A stretch of DNA of 64,000 bases from Rhodospirillales bacterium (lineage in GTDB: Bacteria > Pseudomonadota > Alphaproteobacteria > Rhodospirillales > JANQFP01). Below are positions 1 to 9,705 of this stretch, piece by piece. The notes under the pieces were generated by a model. That model did no database searches and was not told where the DNA came from. It saw nothing but the letters and a program-made list of their open reading frames with translations. Both the position numbers and the translations under genes were made by a program. Within the stretch, counting starts at the first letter, position 1; the number at the start of each line of letters is the position of its first letter. The stretch spans positions 6,392 through 70,391 of the forward strand of contig JANQFP010000216.1 of assembly GCA_028277795.1 (NCBI GenBank), in the 5' to 3' direction.

Positions 1-1220
1 CGGCCTTTCCTACCGTCGTCACCACGTTCGTTTTCGCCGCCTATTTCACCAAGGCGGTGGCGCCGGACCCGGTGACCGGCACCGCCCATTGGGGCTACGC
101 CATGAGCGCGTCGGCCCTGGCGGTGGCGGTGGCCAGCCCCATCCTCGGGGCCATCGCCGACCATAGCGGCCGGCGCAAACCCTGGATCGCCGTGTTCACC
201 GCGGTCTGCGTGGCCACCACCGCGGCGCTGTGGTTCGCCGCGCCGGACCCGTCATGGGTCCTGTTCGCGCTGATCCTGGTGGCCGTGGCCAACTTCGCCT
301 TCGAGACCGGGATGGTGTTCTACAACGCCATGCTGCCGGATTTGGCGCGGCCCAGCATGATCGGCCGCATCTCCGGCTGGGGCTGGGGGTTGGGCTATGC
401 GGGGGGCCTGGTCTGTCTGGCGGTGGCCCTGGTCGGGTTCGTGCAGACGGAGCGGCCGTGGTTCGGCCTCGATCCCGACGCCGCCGAGCACGTCCGCGCG
501 ACGGCGGTCCTGGTGGCGATATGGTTCGCCGTCTTCTCGCTGCCGCTGTTCGTGCTGACTCCCGACCGGCCGGCCACCCGCATCACTGCCACCGAGGCCG
601 TGCGCCGGGGTTGGGCGACTTTGAGCCAGACCGTGCGTCAGGTGCGTGCCCACGCCCATATCGCCCGCTTCCTGCTGGCCCGCATGATCTACACCGACGG
701 TCTCAACACCTTGTTCGCCTTCGGCGGCATCTACGCGGCGGGCACCTTCGGCATGCCGTTCGCCGAGCTGATCCTGTTCGGCATCGCCATGAACGTCACC
801 GCCGGGCTCGGCGCGGCCCTGTTCGCCTGGGTGGACGACCTGATCGGGCCCAAGCGCACCATCCTCATTGCGGTGGTGGCGCTGACCGTGCTCGGCGGCA
901 TCCTCCTGGTTGTGCCGTCCAAGACCCTGTTCTGGGTGTTCGGCCTGCCGCTGGGCCTGTTCGTCGGCCCGGCCCAGTCGGCCAGCCGGTCCATGATGGC
1001 GCGCATGGCGCCGCCCGCGTTGCGCACCGAAATGTTCGGCCTCTACGCCCTGGCCGGCAAGGCCACCGCCTTCCTGGGTCCGGCGCTGCTGGGCTGGGTG
1101 ACCGCCATGGCCGGCAGCCAGCGTGCCGGCATGGCCACCATCCTGGTCTTCTTCGTGGTCGGCGGCCTGCTGCTGCTGCCGGTGCCCGAGCCGGAGCGGC
1201 CGACCGATGCCGAGGGCTGA
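1..1220 (+). CDS. MFS transporter, UMF1/Atg22-like family (5' end lies outside the window)
   Basis: Track ORF 57..1220 begins at an in-frame GTG, but the frame stays open back to base 3 (AFPTVVTTFVFAAYFTKAV...). It has many hydrophobic spans. The 'GAIADHSGRRKPW' loop is typical of UMF1-type MFS permeases. Confidence 0.8.
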   Translation, partial: AFPTVVTTFVFAAYFTKAVAPDPVTGTAHWGYAMSASALAVAVASPILGAIADHSGRRKPWIAVFTAVCVATTAALWFAAPDPSWVLFALILVAVANFAFETGMVFYNAMLPDLARPSMIGRISGWGWGLGYAGGLVCLAVALVGFVQTERPWFGLDPDAAEHVRATAVLVAIWFAVFSLPLFVLTPDRPATRITATEAVRRGWATLSQTVRQVRAHAHIARFLLARMIYTDGLNTLFAFGGIYAAGTFGMPFAELILFGIAMNVTAGLGAALFAWVDDLIGPKRTILIAVVALTVLGGILLVVPSKTLFWVFGLPLGLFVGPAQSASRSMMARMAPPALRTEMFGLYALAGKATAFLGPALLGWVTAMAGSQRAGMATILVFFVVGGLLLLPVPEPERPTDAEG

Positions 1221-1265
1221 TGTTGAATCGGCGGGTCGATTCGCGCACACTCGCGCGCCCGCCCG

Positions 1266-1907
1266 ATGGCCAACGGACCCGCCGCCATGACCTTTCCCGA
1301 CACCCGGTACGCCGACATCACCGCCTTCTGGGACGCGTACTGGGACAAGGTGACCATGGCGGCGGCATCGGTGAAACCGGACCGGCTGACGGAGACGGCG
1401 CGGCTCCTGGAGCGCATCTATACGGACGGCCACACCCTGTTCGTCTGCGGCAACGGCGGCTCGGCCGCCATCTCCGACAGCTTCGTCGGCGATCACGCCA
1501 AGCTGGTGCAGACCGACACCGATCTGGTGCCCCGGGTGGTTTCGCTGAGCTCCAACATCCCCATGATGACCGCCATCGCCAACGACATCTCCTATGACGA
1601 CGTCTTCCTCTACCAGCTCCGCTCGGCGGCACGGCCGGGCGACGTGCTCCTGGTGATCAGCGGGTCCGGCGATTCGGAGAACGTGGTACGGGCAGCCCAA
1701 TGGGCACGCGATACCGGCCTCGAGGTGGTGGCGTTCACCGGCTTCGACGGCGGCCGCCTGGCCGGGCTCGCCACCCTGCACCTGCACGTGACGGCCGACA
1801 ACTACGGGGTCATCGAGGACGTGCATCAGTCGCTGATGCACACCCTGGCCCAATACATCCGCCAGTCCCGCATGAGCGACGCCCTGATCGCCGACCGGCG
1901 ATTCTAA
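1266..1907 (+). CDS. SIS-domain phosphosugar isomerase, GmhA/DiaA-like
   Basis: 213 aa. Carries the SIS motifs 'LFVCGNGGSAA' and 'LLVISGSGDSENV', plus 'VVAFTGFDGG'. Alternative start at M8 (1287). Confidence 0.8.
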   Translation: MANGPAAMTFPDTRYADITAFWDAYWDKVTMAAASVKPDRLTETARLLERIYTDGHTLFVCGNGGSAAISDSFVGDHAKLVQTDTDLVPRVVSLSSNIPMMTAIANDISYDDVFLYQLRSAARPGDVLLVISGSGDSENVVRAAQWARDTGLEVVAFTGFDGGRLAGLATLHLHVTADNYGVIEDVHQSLMHTLAQYIRQSRMSDALIADRRF

Positions 1908-1937
1908 CGGTCACATTTGATCATGCTTCGGTGAGAT

Positions 1938-1964
1938 GTGACGGTTCGCACAAGAAACCGTCAC
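1938..1964 (+). terminator. Perfect 9-bp stem-loop downstream of the SIS gene (candidate weak terminator or regulatory hairpin)
   Basis: GTGACGGTT (1938..1946), 9-nt loop, AACCGTCAC (1956..1964). The tail GCAGTCTGGTTATGG is only moderately T-rich. An upstream copy, ACGGTCACAT (1907..1916), can pair alternatively with 1936..1945. Confidence 0.3.
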
Positions 1965-2004
1965 GCAGTCTGGTTATGGTCCCTTCCGCAAGGAGGGCAA
2001 TGCC

Positions 2005-2742
2005 ATGACTCCGACCCCGTCCGCTGATCGCGCCAAACGACCCATGAGGAGCGCCCGCCGATGGCTTCCCGTGGCCGTCCTGGCCGCCGGCTTTGCCGCC
2101 TTTTTCGCGTTCGGGCTCGACCAGTACCTGAGCTTCGAGGCATTGCGCGCCCATCGGGTGGCCCTGCACGATTTCATCGCCGCCTATCCGGTGTCGGCAC
2201 CGCTGCTGTTCATGGCCGTCTATGCCGTCGCCGTGGCCTTTTCGCTCCCCGGTGGCGCCGTGCTGTCGATCACCGCCGGATTCCTGTTCGGCACCCTCGC
2301 GGGGACCGCCTACGTGGTGGCCTCGGCGACGGTGGGTGCGGTGGTCATCTTCCTCGTGGCGCGGACCGCCTTCGGGGAGCCGCTGCGGGCCAAGGCCGGA
2401 CCGTGGCTGCGCAAGCTGGAGGACGGGTTCCGGCGCAACGCCCTCAGCTACCTTCTGGTGCTGCGCCTGATGCCGGTGTTTCCGTTCTTCGTGGTCAACC
2501 TGGTGCCGGCGATGCTGGGCGTCAGCCTCAGGACCTACACCATCGGGACGGTGGTCGGCATCATTCCCGGCTCCTTCGTGTTCGCCTCGGTGGGCACCGG
2601 CCTGGGCAGCATCTTCGACGCCGGGCACGGCTTCACGCCGACCGGCATCCTGACACCGGAAATCATCGCCGCCCTTACCGGACTTTCGCTGTTGTCGTTG
2701 CTGCCGGTCGCCTACAAGGCGGTCAAGGCCCGCCGCGCCTGA
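2005..2742 (+). CDS. TVP38/TMEM64 (DedA-related, SNARE-associated) family membrane protein
   Basis: 245 aa. AGGAGGG lies 7 nt upstream of the ATG. It has 5-6 hydrophobic spans and the family-like core '[20 protein letters not shown]'. Confidence 0.8.
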   Translation: MTPTPSADRAKRPMRSARRWLPVAVLAAGFAAFFAFGLDQYLSFEALRAHRVALHDFIAAYPVSAPLLFMAVYAVAVAFSLPGGAVLSITAGFLFGTLAGTAYVVASATVGAVVIFLVARTAFGEPLRAKAGPWLRKLEDGFRRNALSYLLVLRLMPVFPFFVVNLVPAMLGVSLRTYTIGTVVGIIPGSFVFASVGTGLGSIFDAGHGFTPTGILTPEIIAALTGLSLLSLLPVAYKAVKARRA

Positions 2743-2754
2743 CTATCTGCTGCT

Positions 2755-4326
2755 TCAGTGGCGGAAATGGCGTAGGCCGGTGAAGACCATGGCCAGGCCC
2801 TTATCGTCAGCCGCCGCGATGACCTCGTCGTCACGCATGCTGCCGCCCGGCTGGATCACCGCCGTGGCCCCGGCCTCGGCGGCGGCCAGAAGGCCGTCGG
2901 CGAAGGGGAAGAACGCATCCGACGCCACCACGCAGCCCTCGGTGCGGGGGGTCGGCTCACCGGCCGCCTCGCGGGCCTCTTCCGACTTGATGGCGGCGAT
3001 GCGGGCCGAATCGACCCGGCTCATCTGTCCGGCGCCGACGCCCACCAGGGCGCCGTCCTTGGCATAGACGATGGCATTGGACTTGACGTGCTTGCACACC
3101 GTGAAGGCGAACATCAGGTCCTCCATCTCGGCGTTGGTCGGCGCCCGCTTGGTCACCACCTTCAGCTCTTCGTCGGCCACCTGATTGTCCCGCCCCTGCA
3201 GCAGGTAGCCGCCGGACAGGGAGCGCACGGTCATCCCGTGCGCCTTGGGGTCCGGCATGGCGCCGGTGAGCAGCACCCGCAAGTTGCGTTTGGCCGCGAG
3301 AATGGCCCGGGCGTCGGGATCGGCGTCGGGGGCGATGACCACCTCGGCGAACAGCTTGGCGATCTCGTCGGCCGTCGCCGCGTCGAGGGGACGGTTGACG
3401 GCGATGATGCCGCCGAAGGCGCTGACCGGGTCGCAGGCCAGGGCCTTGTTGTAGGCGTCGACCAGGGAATCGGCGACCGCTGCGCCGCAGGGGTTGGCGT
3501 GCTTGATGATGGCGCAGGCCGTGCGGTCGAACTCGGCGACCAGCTCGAGGGCGGCGTCGGTGTCGTTGAGGTTGTTGAAGCTGAGCTCCTTGCCCTGGAT
3601 CTGGGCGGCGGTGGCGATGCCGGGGCGCGCCGGCTCGGCCACGTAGAAGGCCGCCATCTGGTGGGGGTTCTCGCCGTAGCGCAGGTGCTGGCGCAGGGTG
3701 CCGGAGACGGCCAGCCGGCGCGGGAAGGGCTCGTCCAATTGGCTGCTGAACCACTGGCTGATGGCAGCGTCATAGGTGGCGGTGCGGGAGAAGGCGATTC
3801 CCGCCATCCGCCGGCGCAGGCCCGGCGTCACCTTGCCCTCGTGTTCCTCCATGTCCTGCATGACCCACGGGTAGTCCGCCGGGTCGACGACCACGGTGAC
3901 GAAGGCATGGTTCTTGGCGGCGGCGCGGATCAGCGCGGGCCCACCGATGTCGATGTTCTCGATGCAGTCGACGAAACCGGCGCCCTTGGCCACCGTATCC
4001 TCGAAGGGATAGAGGTTGACCACCAGCAGGTCGATGGGGGCGATGCCGTGGGCGGCCATGGCCTTTTCGTGCTCCGGGTTGCCGCGCACCGCGAGCAGAC
4101 CCCCGTGGACGATCGGATGCAGGGTCTTGACCCGCCCGTCCATGATCTCGGGGAACCCCGTCGCCTCCGACACCTCGGTCACCGGCACGCCCAGGTCGCT
4201 GAGGGCCTTGGCCGACCCGCCGGTGGACAGGATCTCGACATCGTAGTCGGCGAGGAAGCGTCCGAACTCGGCGAGACCGGTCTTGTCGGACACGGAAATC
4301 AACGCGCGACGCACCTTGATCGGCAT
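2755..4326 (-). CDS. purH: Bifunctional AICAR transformylase / IMP cyclohydrolase
   Basis: '[18 protein letters not shown]...' MGS-like N-terminus with a full-length AICARFT/IMPCHase body ending '...GLRHFRH'. ATG at 4326 is preceded by AGAGGAGG. The longer track start (4380) is rejected. Confidence 0.95.
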   Translation of the reverse strand: MPIKVRRALISVSDKTGLAEFGRFLADYDVEILSTGGSAKALSDLGVPVTEVSEATGFPEIMDGRVKTLHPIVHGGLLAVRGNPEHEKAMAAHGIAPIDLLVVNLYPFEDTVAKGAGFVDCIENIDIGGPALIRAAAKNHAFVTVVVDPADYPWVMQDMEEHEGKVTPGLRRRMAGIAFSRTATYDAAISQWFSSQLDEPFPRRLAVSGTLRQHLRYGENPHQMAAFYVAEPARPGIATAAQIQGKELSFNNLNDTDAALELVAEFDRTACAIIKHANPCGAAVADSLVDAYNKALACDPVSAFGGIIAVNRPLDAATADEIAKLFAEVVIAPDADPDARAILAAKRNLRVLLTGAMPDPKAHGMTVRSLSGGYLLQGRDNQVADEELKVVTKRAPTNAEMEDLMFAFTVCKHVKSNAIVYAKDGALVGVGAGQMSRVDSARIAAIKSEEAREAAGEPTPRTEGCVVASDAFFPFADGLLAAAEAGATAVIQPGGSMRDDEVIAAADDKGLAMVFTGLRHFRH

Positions 4327-4406
4327 GGGCGGCCTCCTCTGCTCGGCGGGGCTCATATAGCAGACCGTTTGCGCCCGCAACAGGTGGTTTGCCGGCGCGG
4401 CGGCGG

Positions 4407-6359
4407 TCAGCGTCCCCCGGGCGCCGCGGCCCGCAGGGGCGGCCGCACGGTGGCCACCTCCGGGCTCGGTGTGTATTCGGGCACCAGCGCGCAGATCAGG
4501 TCGATGGCCCTCCCGGCGTCCGCGTCGGCGCAGGCCGCGGTCAGATCATCGATGGCGCGCGCCAGCCGCGGGCCATCGGTGGCGCGCGGCGCGGCCAGCA
4601 GGATGCCGGCGCATTCGGTGGGCACCAGGGGCTCGCCGTGGTGGAAGATCTCCTCGCTGATCTTCTCGCCGGGACGGGGTCCGGTGATCTCGATGGCGAT
4701 GTCCTCTTCCGGCCGCAGGCCGGCGAGGCGGATCATCTGTCGCGCCAGGTCGATGATGCGCACCGGCTCGCCCATCTCGAGCACGAAGATCTTGCCTTCC
4801 CGCCGCGGCCCGCGGCCGCCCAGGGCCGACGCCTCGAGCACCAGCTCCACCGCCTCGCGGATGGTCATGAAGTAGCGGGTCATGTTCGGATCGGTGACGG
4901 TCAGCGGCCCGCCCGCCGCAAGCTGCTTCTGGAACAACGGCACCACCGAGCCGGTCGACCCCAGGACATTGCCGAACCGCACGGTGACGAACCGGGTCTC
5001 GTGGTCACCGTCGCCGTGCAGGTCCAGCACCTGGCAGTAGGTCTCGGCGATTCGCTTGGTGGCCCCCATCAGGTTGGTCGGATTGACCGCCTTGTCGGTG
5101 GACACCAGGACCATGGTGGACACCCCGGCCTCGCGGCTGGCGTCGGCGATGTTGACGGTGCCCAGAACGTTGGTGGTGATGCCCTCGAACAGGTTGGCCT
5201 CGACCAGGGGCACATGCTTCAGCGCCGCGGCATGAAACACCACCTCGGGACGGAACTCGGCGAAAATGGCATCGACCCGGCCCCGGTCGCGCACGTCGGC
5301 GAGAACCGCCCACACCGGAAAGCCCGGCGTCCCCGCGGCCACTTCCTGGTCCACCGTGTACAACGCGAACTCGGAGTGATCGACGAGCGCCAACTGCGCC
5401 GGCGAGAAGTCGACGACTTGGCTTACCAGCTCCCGCCCGATGCTTCCCCCGGCGCCGGTGACCAGGATCCGCCGGCCCTCGATGAACGAGCGCATGGCGG
5501 CCCGGTCCAGCGGCATCTGGGGACGGCCCAGCAGGTCCTCGACGGCGACGGGGCGGACCTCGATCTCGTCGACAAGGCCGCTCTTGAAGTCGGTCATGCG
5601 GGGCAGGCGGGCCAGGATCATGCCCAGGGAATCGGCGCTGTCGAGCAGTGCCCGCACCTGGGCACCGTCCATGTCGTCGCGGGTCAGCACCAGCCGTTGC
5701 GGGGCCTCGCCGCGGCGCGCCAGCCGATCGACCACGGCGTCCATTTCCGACAGCGTGCCCATGACGTTGACGCCGTGGATGTTGTGCCCGACACGGTGCC
5801 ACTTCTCGGCCAGGATTCCGACCACCCGGTATCCGGGGTGGGCGGCCCGCGACAAGGCGCGCAGAAACAGCTCGGCTCCGTCGCCGGCACCGGCCAGCAG
5901 CACCGGGACCCGGTCCTGGTCGCGGTTCTGCAGCAGCCGCAAGTCGATTCGCCGGTCCTTGACGGTGCGGTAGACGAAGCGCGGGCCGCCGAGCAGCGCC
6001 ATCAGCACGAACCAGTTGATGAAGGGGATGGAGCGAGGCAGTTCCTCGAGCCGCGTCCAGGCGAACATGACCAGAAGGAACACCATGACGGTGACCGAAA
6101 CGGCGCGGGTGATGGCCAGCAGGTCGTTGAGGGACGCATAACGCCACACCCCGCGGTACAGCCCCATGACCCGGAACACGACCGCCGCGATTACCGTGAA
6201 GACCAAGGCCGACTTGACCATCACCTCGGGCGAGACGAAGCGGAACACGTCGCTGCCCAGGCGCAGATACAGGGACAGCACGAACGACGCGGCGGTCATC
6301 GCGATGTCGTGGATGAAGGCGATATAGGCGCGATAGGGAAGTCGGGCCGTCAAGGTCAT
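4407..6359 (-). CDS. Membrane-bound nucleotide-sugar (UDP-GlcNAc-type) 4,6-dehydratase, WbpM/CapD/PglF family
   Basis: N-terminal TM spans, '[14 protein letters not shown]' Rossmann fold, and the '[21 protein letters not shown]' catalytic block. ATG 6359 ([10 protein letters not shown]...) is preferred over the TTG at 6404 used by the track. Confidence 0.9.
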   Translation of the reverse strand: MTLTARLPYRAYIAFIHDIAMTAASFVLSLYLRLGSDVFRFVSPEVMVKSALVFTVIAAVVFRVMGLYRGVWRYASLNDLLAITRAVSVTVMVFLLVMFAWTRLEELPRSIPFINWFVLMALLGGPRFVYRTVKDRRIDLRLLQNRDQDRVPVLLAGAGDGAELFLRALSRAAHPGYRVVGILAEKWHRVGHNIHGVNVMGTLSEMDAVVDRLARRGEAPQRLVLTRDDMDGAQVRALLDSADSLGMILARLPRMTDFKSGLVDEIEVRPVAVEDLLGRPQMPLDRAAMRSFIEGRRILVTGAGGSIGRELVSQVVDFSPAQLALVDHSEFALYTVDQEVAAGTPGFPVWAVLADVRDRGRVDAIFAEFRPEVVFHAAALKHVPLVEANLFEGITTNVLGTVNIADASREAGVSTMVLVSTDKAVNPTNLMGATKRIAETYCQVLDLHGDGDHETRFVTVRFGNVLGSTGSVVPLFQKQLAAGGPLTVTDPNMTRYFMTIREAVELVLEASALGGRGPRREGKIFVLEMGEPVRIIDLARQMIRLAGLRPEEDIAIEITGPRPGEKISEEIFHHGEPLVPTECAGILLAAPRATDGPRLARAIDDLTAACADADAGRAIDLICALVPEYTPSPEVATVRPPLRAAAPGGR

Positions 6360-6376
6360 CGGGTCCGCGGCACCTC

Positions 6377-7339
6377 TCAAATGCGTGCTCTGGTCATGAA
6401 CCAATCCGCCGTCTTGTTCAATCCCTCAAGTAGAGGGATGCGCGGCCGCCAATCCAGTTCGGCGCGAATGCGGGCGTCGTCCACCACCAGGGACTCGAGC
6501 AAGCGTGCCGCCGCCGCCGAACGGCCCAGGGCGCGGCCGGCCAGGCGCAACGCCGACGGCGGCACCGCGAACAGACGCGCCGGGCGCTTCATGGCGGCGG
6601 CCAGGGCGCGGATCAGGTCGGGTGTGGACACGGCCTCGTCGGCGCCGACCAAATAGGTGCGGCCGGCGGCCCGCGGATGGTCGAGGCCGCGCAGAATCGC
6701 GTCCACCAGGTTGTCCACGTAGACCATGGTACGGCGATTGCCGACGCCGCCCAGGGGCAGGGGCGGCGCTCTTCGGCACAGGGACAGGAGCGCCAGGAAA
6801 TTGCCCTTGACATGCGGTCCGTAGACCAGCGGCGGCCGCAACACCACCGTCTCCATGTCGCTGCCCGCCGCCACCTCCGCCAGAACCTGTTCCGCCTCCA
6901 GCTTGGACCAGCCGTAAGGGTCCTGCGGGGCCGGCGCATCGTCGTCGCGGAACGGGCCGTCAGAGGTGGCCTCACCGAGAACCTTCACCGTGCTGAGGAG
7001 GACGAATCGGCGCACGCCGGCCGCCGCCGCATCCTCGGCCAGACGCCGCGTGCCGTCCGTATTGACCTGCCGGTAGGCGGCCAGGGGATCGGCGGTGGGC
7101 TCGTCCATGACGTGGACCCGCGCCGCCAAGTGCACCACCAGGTCCACGTCGCGCAGGGCGGCGGTCCAGTCGGTGCCGGCGCCGATGGCGGGGATGGGCC
7201 GCACCTCCACATGATGCATGTCCTCCGCCGCCCGCGGGTTGCGGGTCGCCACCGAGACCTCGTAGCCGGCCTCCAGGAGCGTCGGGCACAGCGCCCGGCC
7301 CACGAAGCCCGTGCCTCCGGTGACCAGCACCCGGGTCAC
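6377..7339 (-). CDS. NAD-dependent epimerase/dehydratase (WbpK/WbpV/WreQ-like sugar 4-reductase/epimerase)
   Basis: 'VLVTGGTGFVGRAL' and 'YGWSKLEAE' (YxxxK). The GTG start shares GTGA with the upstream stop. It sits between the GT4 and the WbpM-like gene. Confidence 0.8.
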   Translation of the reverse strand: MTRVLVTGGTGFVGRALCPTLLEAGYEVSVATRNPRAAEDMHHVEVRPIPAIGAGTDWTAALRDVDLVVHLAARVHVMDEPTADPLAAYRQVNTDGTRRLAEDAAAAGVRRFVLLSTVKVLGEATSDGPFRDDDAPAPQDPYGWSKLEAEQVLAEVAAGSDMETVVLRPPLVYGPHVKGNFLALLSLCRRAPPLPLGGVGNRRTMVYVDNLVDAILRGLDHPRAAGRTYLVGADEAVSTPDLIRALAAAMKRPARLFAVPPSALRLAGRALGRSAAAARLLESLVVDDARIRAELDWRPRIPLLEGLNKTADWFMTRARI

Positions 7340-8592
7340 GACGGGACCTCCCGGCCGGCCCGGGCGCCGACGCCGGCGACCACCATCTCCAGGACGTCCA
7401 TCATGCGCCGGGCTTGGGTCTCGCGGCTGTGGGCCGGGGCCGCGTCGAGGCTGCGCCGAGCCAACGCCTGACGGCCGTCGTCATCGCCCTTGAGGTCGCG
7501 CACCGCCTGGGCGAGCGCCTCCGGATCGTCGGGCGGCACCCATTGGCCGGCCCCGTGATCGAGGACCACTCGGCTGGCCTCGCCCCGCGGCGCCACCAGC
7601 AGGAGCGGCAGGCCCATGGCCATGGCCTCGAAGATCTTGGATGGAATGACGCCGGCGAACACCGGCGATCCGCGCAGATGAACCAGCGCCACGTCGCACA
7701 GGCTCCATACGGCGGGCATGATCTCCTTGGGCTGCGGGGGCATGAACACGACGTTCTCCAGGCCGCGCTGGAGGGCCGCGGCGACGAGGGCGTCCCGATC
7801 GGCGCCGGCGCCGACCAGCAGGAATCGCAGGTCCGATTCGGGGGTCAGCCGTTCGGCCGCGTCGAGCACGTTGGTGAGACCGTGGGCCATGCCGTGGGTG
7901 CCTACGTAGCCGACAACGAATCGCCCGTCCAGCCGCCATTGGTCCGCGAGCGCCGGGTCCCGCGGACGCGGCCCGTATCGGCCCAGGTCGACGCCGTTCA
8001 TCACCACGGCGATCTTGTCGGGCTCGATGCCGCGCTCCGTCAGGTTGCGCTTGAACGCGTTGGTGAGGGCGACGACCGCCGCCGCACGCCGGTACAGGCC
8101 GAGCTCCAACCGTTCCACCAGGCGCAACAGCAGGCCATGCCGCACCGCCCCGACGGCGGCGATAGACGCGGGCCACAGGTCGCCAAGTTCGAAGACGAAG
8201 GGAACGCGGCGCCAAGCCCCCACTGCCCAGCCGGCCACGGCGGCCAGGAACTGCGGTGAGGTGGCGGCCACCACGTCCGGCCGCGGCTGCAACAGCCCGG
8301 CCAGAAACCCGTTGACCATGAAGCTGAGGAAGTCGAGGGAACGCCGCACGACGCCGCGATTGGCGGCGATGAAGGTCTTCACGCGCACGACCCGGATTCC
8401 CGACATCTCCTCGGTCTGGTACCAGCGGTTCCGGTAGCCGGGGAAGACGGCGCCATGCGGGAAGTTGGGAGCGCACGTCACCACCGTCACCCGGTGTCCC
8501 CAGGCCACCCAATAGCAGGCCCGCTCGTAGACCCGGGTGGCCGCGGCATTGGTCTCGGGGGGAAAGTTCTCGGTCAGGAAAAGGATGTTCAT
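7336..8592 (-). CDS. Glycosyltransferase family 4 (WbuB-like)
   Basis: 'MNILFLTENFPPETNAAATRV' N-terminus and the GT-B C-terminal 'PSKIFEAMAMGLPLL' motif. ATG 8592 overlaps the upstream stop (ATGA). The 30-codon extension in the track is rejected. Confidence 0.85.
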   Translation of the reverse strand: MNILFLTENFPPETNAAATRVYERACYWVAWGHRVTVVTCAPNFPHGAVFPGYRNRWYQTEEMSGIRVVRVKTFIAANRGVVRRSLDFLSFMVNGFLAGLLQPRPDVVAATSPQFLAAVAGWAVGAWRRVPFVFELGDLWPASIAAVGAVRHGLLLRLVERLELGLYRRAAAVVALTNAFKRNLTERGIEPDKIAVVMNGVDLGRYGPRPRDPALADQWRLDGRFVVGYVGTHGMAHGLTNVLDAAERLTPESDLRFLLVGAGADRDALVAAALQRGLENVVFMPPQPKEIMPAVWSLCDVALVHLRGSPVFAGVIPSKIFEAMAMGLPLLLVAPRGEASRVVLDHGAGQWVPPDDPEALAQAVRDLKGDDDGRQALARRSLDAAPAHSRETQARRMMDVLEMVVAGVGARAGREVPS

Positions 8593-9608
8593 CCGCGCGC
8601 CGCCAGCGGGGCGTCGCGGGAAAGGACGACCAGCAATCCACCCACCACCACGCAGGCGGCGATCACGGCCGGCCACTCCCAACCCCGCGTGCTGGCCCAG
8701 GCCAGGGCGATCAGCGCGACGTTGGTCACGGCGATCAGGCCGGCTACGGAAGCGTGGCTACGCCCCGCCTGGACCGCCCTCTGATAGAAGTGATCGCGGT
8801 GGGCGCGCCACACCGGCTCGCCCTTTGCCGCCCGGCGACCGAGGGTGATGGTGGCGTCCGCCAGGTAATAGAGCGGCAGGATGAATGCGGCCGCCCACAG
8901 CCCTTCGCTGGCCATGGTCAACAGCAGCCAGCCGAGCAGGAAGCCGAGCGGCACACTGCCCACGTCGCCCAGAAACACCCGCGCCGGGTGCCAGTTCCAC
9001 CACAGGAACCCCAAGGCCGCGGCGGCGGCCGTGAAGCCGCAGACCGACAGCGAACCGACCACTCCGGCGAATCCCGCACACAGGGCGACGCCGATACCGA
9101 TGGTGGCGGTCTCGGTGCCTGCCAAACCGTCGATCCCGTCCATGAAATTGAACAGGTTGGTGAACCACAGCCACAGGATGGCGGTCACCACGACATCGGC
9201 CACCGGCGGCAGCACGCCGCCGAAGTAGGGATGGGGGGCGGGGGCCAGGACCAGCACGGTGGCGATGGCCGCCGCCTGCGCCAGCAAACGCACCCATGGC
9301 GGCAGTCCTCTCAGGTCGTCCAGCCAGGACAAGGCCGCCAATCCGACGCCGGCGGCGCAGGCGACGACCATGCCGTAGCCTTCGGCGGTCCACCGCATCG
9401 CCACGATGGACCAGACCACGGCGATAACCACGACCACGGCGAGGCCACCGCCCCGCGGCGTCGGGATGGCATGGCTGCTGCGCGCGTTGGGATGGTCGAC
9501 GATGGCCCGCTCGGTGAGGAAATGGAGGACCAGCCGGGTACCGCTCAGCGACACCAGAAACACGCCCACACCAAGGGCGAGCACCGCAAGCGGATAAGAC
9601 CAAAACAT
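8589..9608 (-). CDS. Polyprenyl-phosphate HexNAc-1-phosphate transferase (WbpL/WecA/MraY family), initiating enzyme
   Basis: About 10 TM spans. Motifs 'VDHPNARSSHAIPTPRGGG' and 'NFMDGIDGL'. ATG at 9608 (MFWSYPLAVL...). The track extension back to 9782 runs across a terminator and is rejected. Confidence 0.9.
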   Translation of the reverse strand: MFWSYPLAVLALGVGVFLVSLSGTRLVLHFLTERAIVDHPNARSSHAIPTPRGGGLAVVVVIAVVWSIVAMRWTAEGYGMVVACAAGVGLAALSWLDDLRGLPPWVRLLAQAAAIATVLVLAPAPHPYFGGVLPPVADVVVTAILWLWFTNLFNFMDGIDGLAGTETATIGIGVALCAGFAGVVGSLSVCGFTAAAAALGFLWWNWHPARVFLGDVGSVPLGFLLGWLLLTMASEGLWAAAFILPLYYLADATITLGRRAAKGEPVWRAHRDHFYQRAVQAGRSHASVAGLIAVTNVALIALAWASTRGWEWPAVIAACVVVGGLLVVLSRDAPLAARG

Positions 9609-9614
9609 AGGCGG

Positions 9615-9642
9615 AACATATACCCCAGCGCCGCCGCGGCAA
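9615..9642 (-). promoter_or_regulatory. Candidate sigma70-like promoter giving a near-leaderless wbpL-like mRNA
   Basis: Minus strand reads TTGCCG (9642..9637), 16 nt, TATGTT (9620..9615), then only 6 nt (ccgcct) before the ATG at 9608. There is no Shine-Dalgarno sequence. Confidence 0.3.
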
Positions 9643-9675
9643 AAAGAAACAAAAAGGGCGCCCCGAAGGGCGCCC
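9641..9675 (-). terminator. Rho-independent terminator (minus strand)
   Basis: Minus strand reads GGGCGCCC-TTCG-GGGCGCCC (9675..9656), followed by TTTTTGTTTCTTTTT (9655..9641). It lies 30 nt after the stop of the Gfo/Idh/MocA gene at 9706. Confidence 0.75.
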
Positions 9676-9705
9676 GAACCCTGCTCTCGCCCGGCGTAAA
9701 AAGCT

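Noticed and set aside
252..1853. 533-aa minus-strand ORF covering the MFS and SIS genes, together with similar overlapping ORFs at 230..1597 and 865..1248
   Set aside because: It is antisense or out of frame to two + strand genes that have clear family motifs. The translation is low-complexity and rich in R, G, H, P and A, typical of spurious long ORFs in very GC-rich DNA.
3088..6656. Long + strand ORFs (3088..4875, 595 aa; 4389..6656, 755 aa) opposite purH and the WbpM-like gene
   Set aside because: They are antisense shadows of strongly supported genes. They have no recognisable domains and a composition dominated by G, R, A, D and H.
9656..9675. The palindrome GGGCGCCC...GGGCGCCC considered as a protein-binding operator or restriction-type site
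   Set aside because: The tetraloop spacing and the immediately following 15-nt T-rich tract on the minus strand, right after a stop codon, make an intrinsic terminator the simpler explanation.
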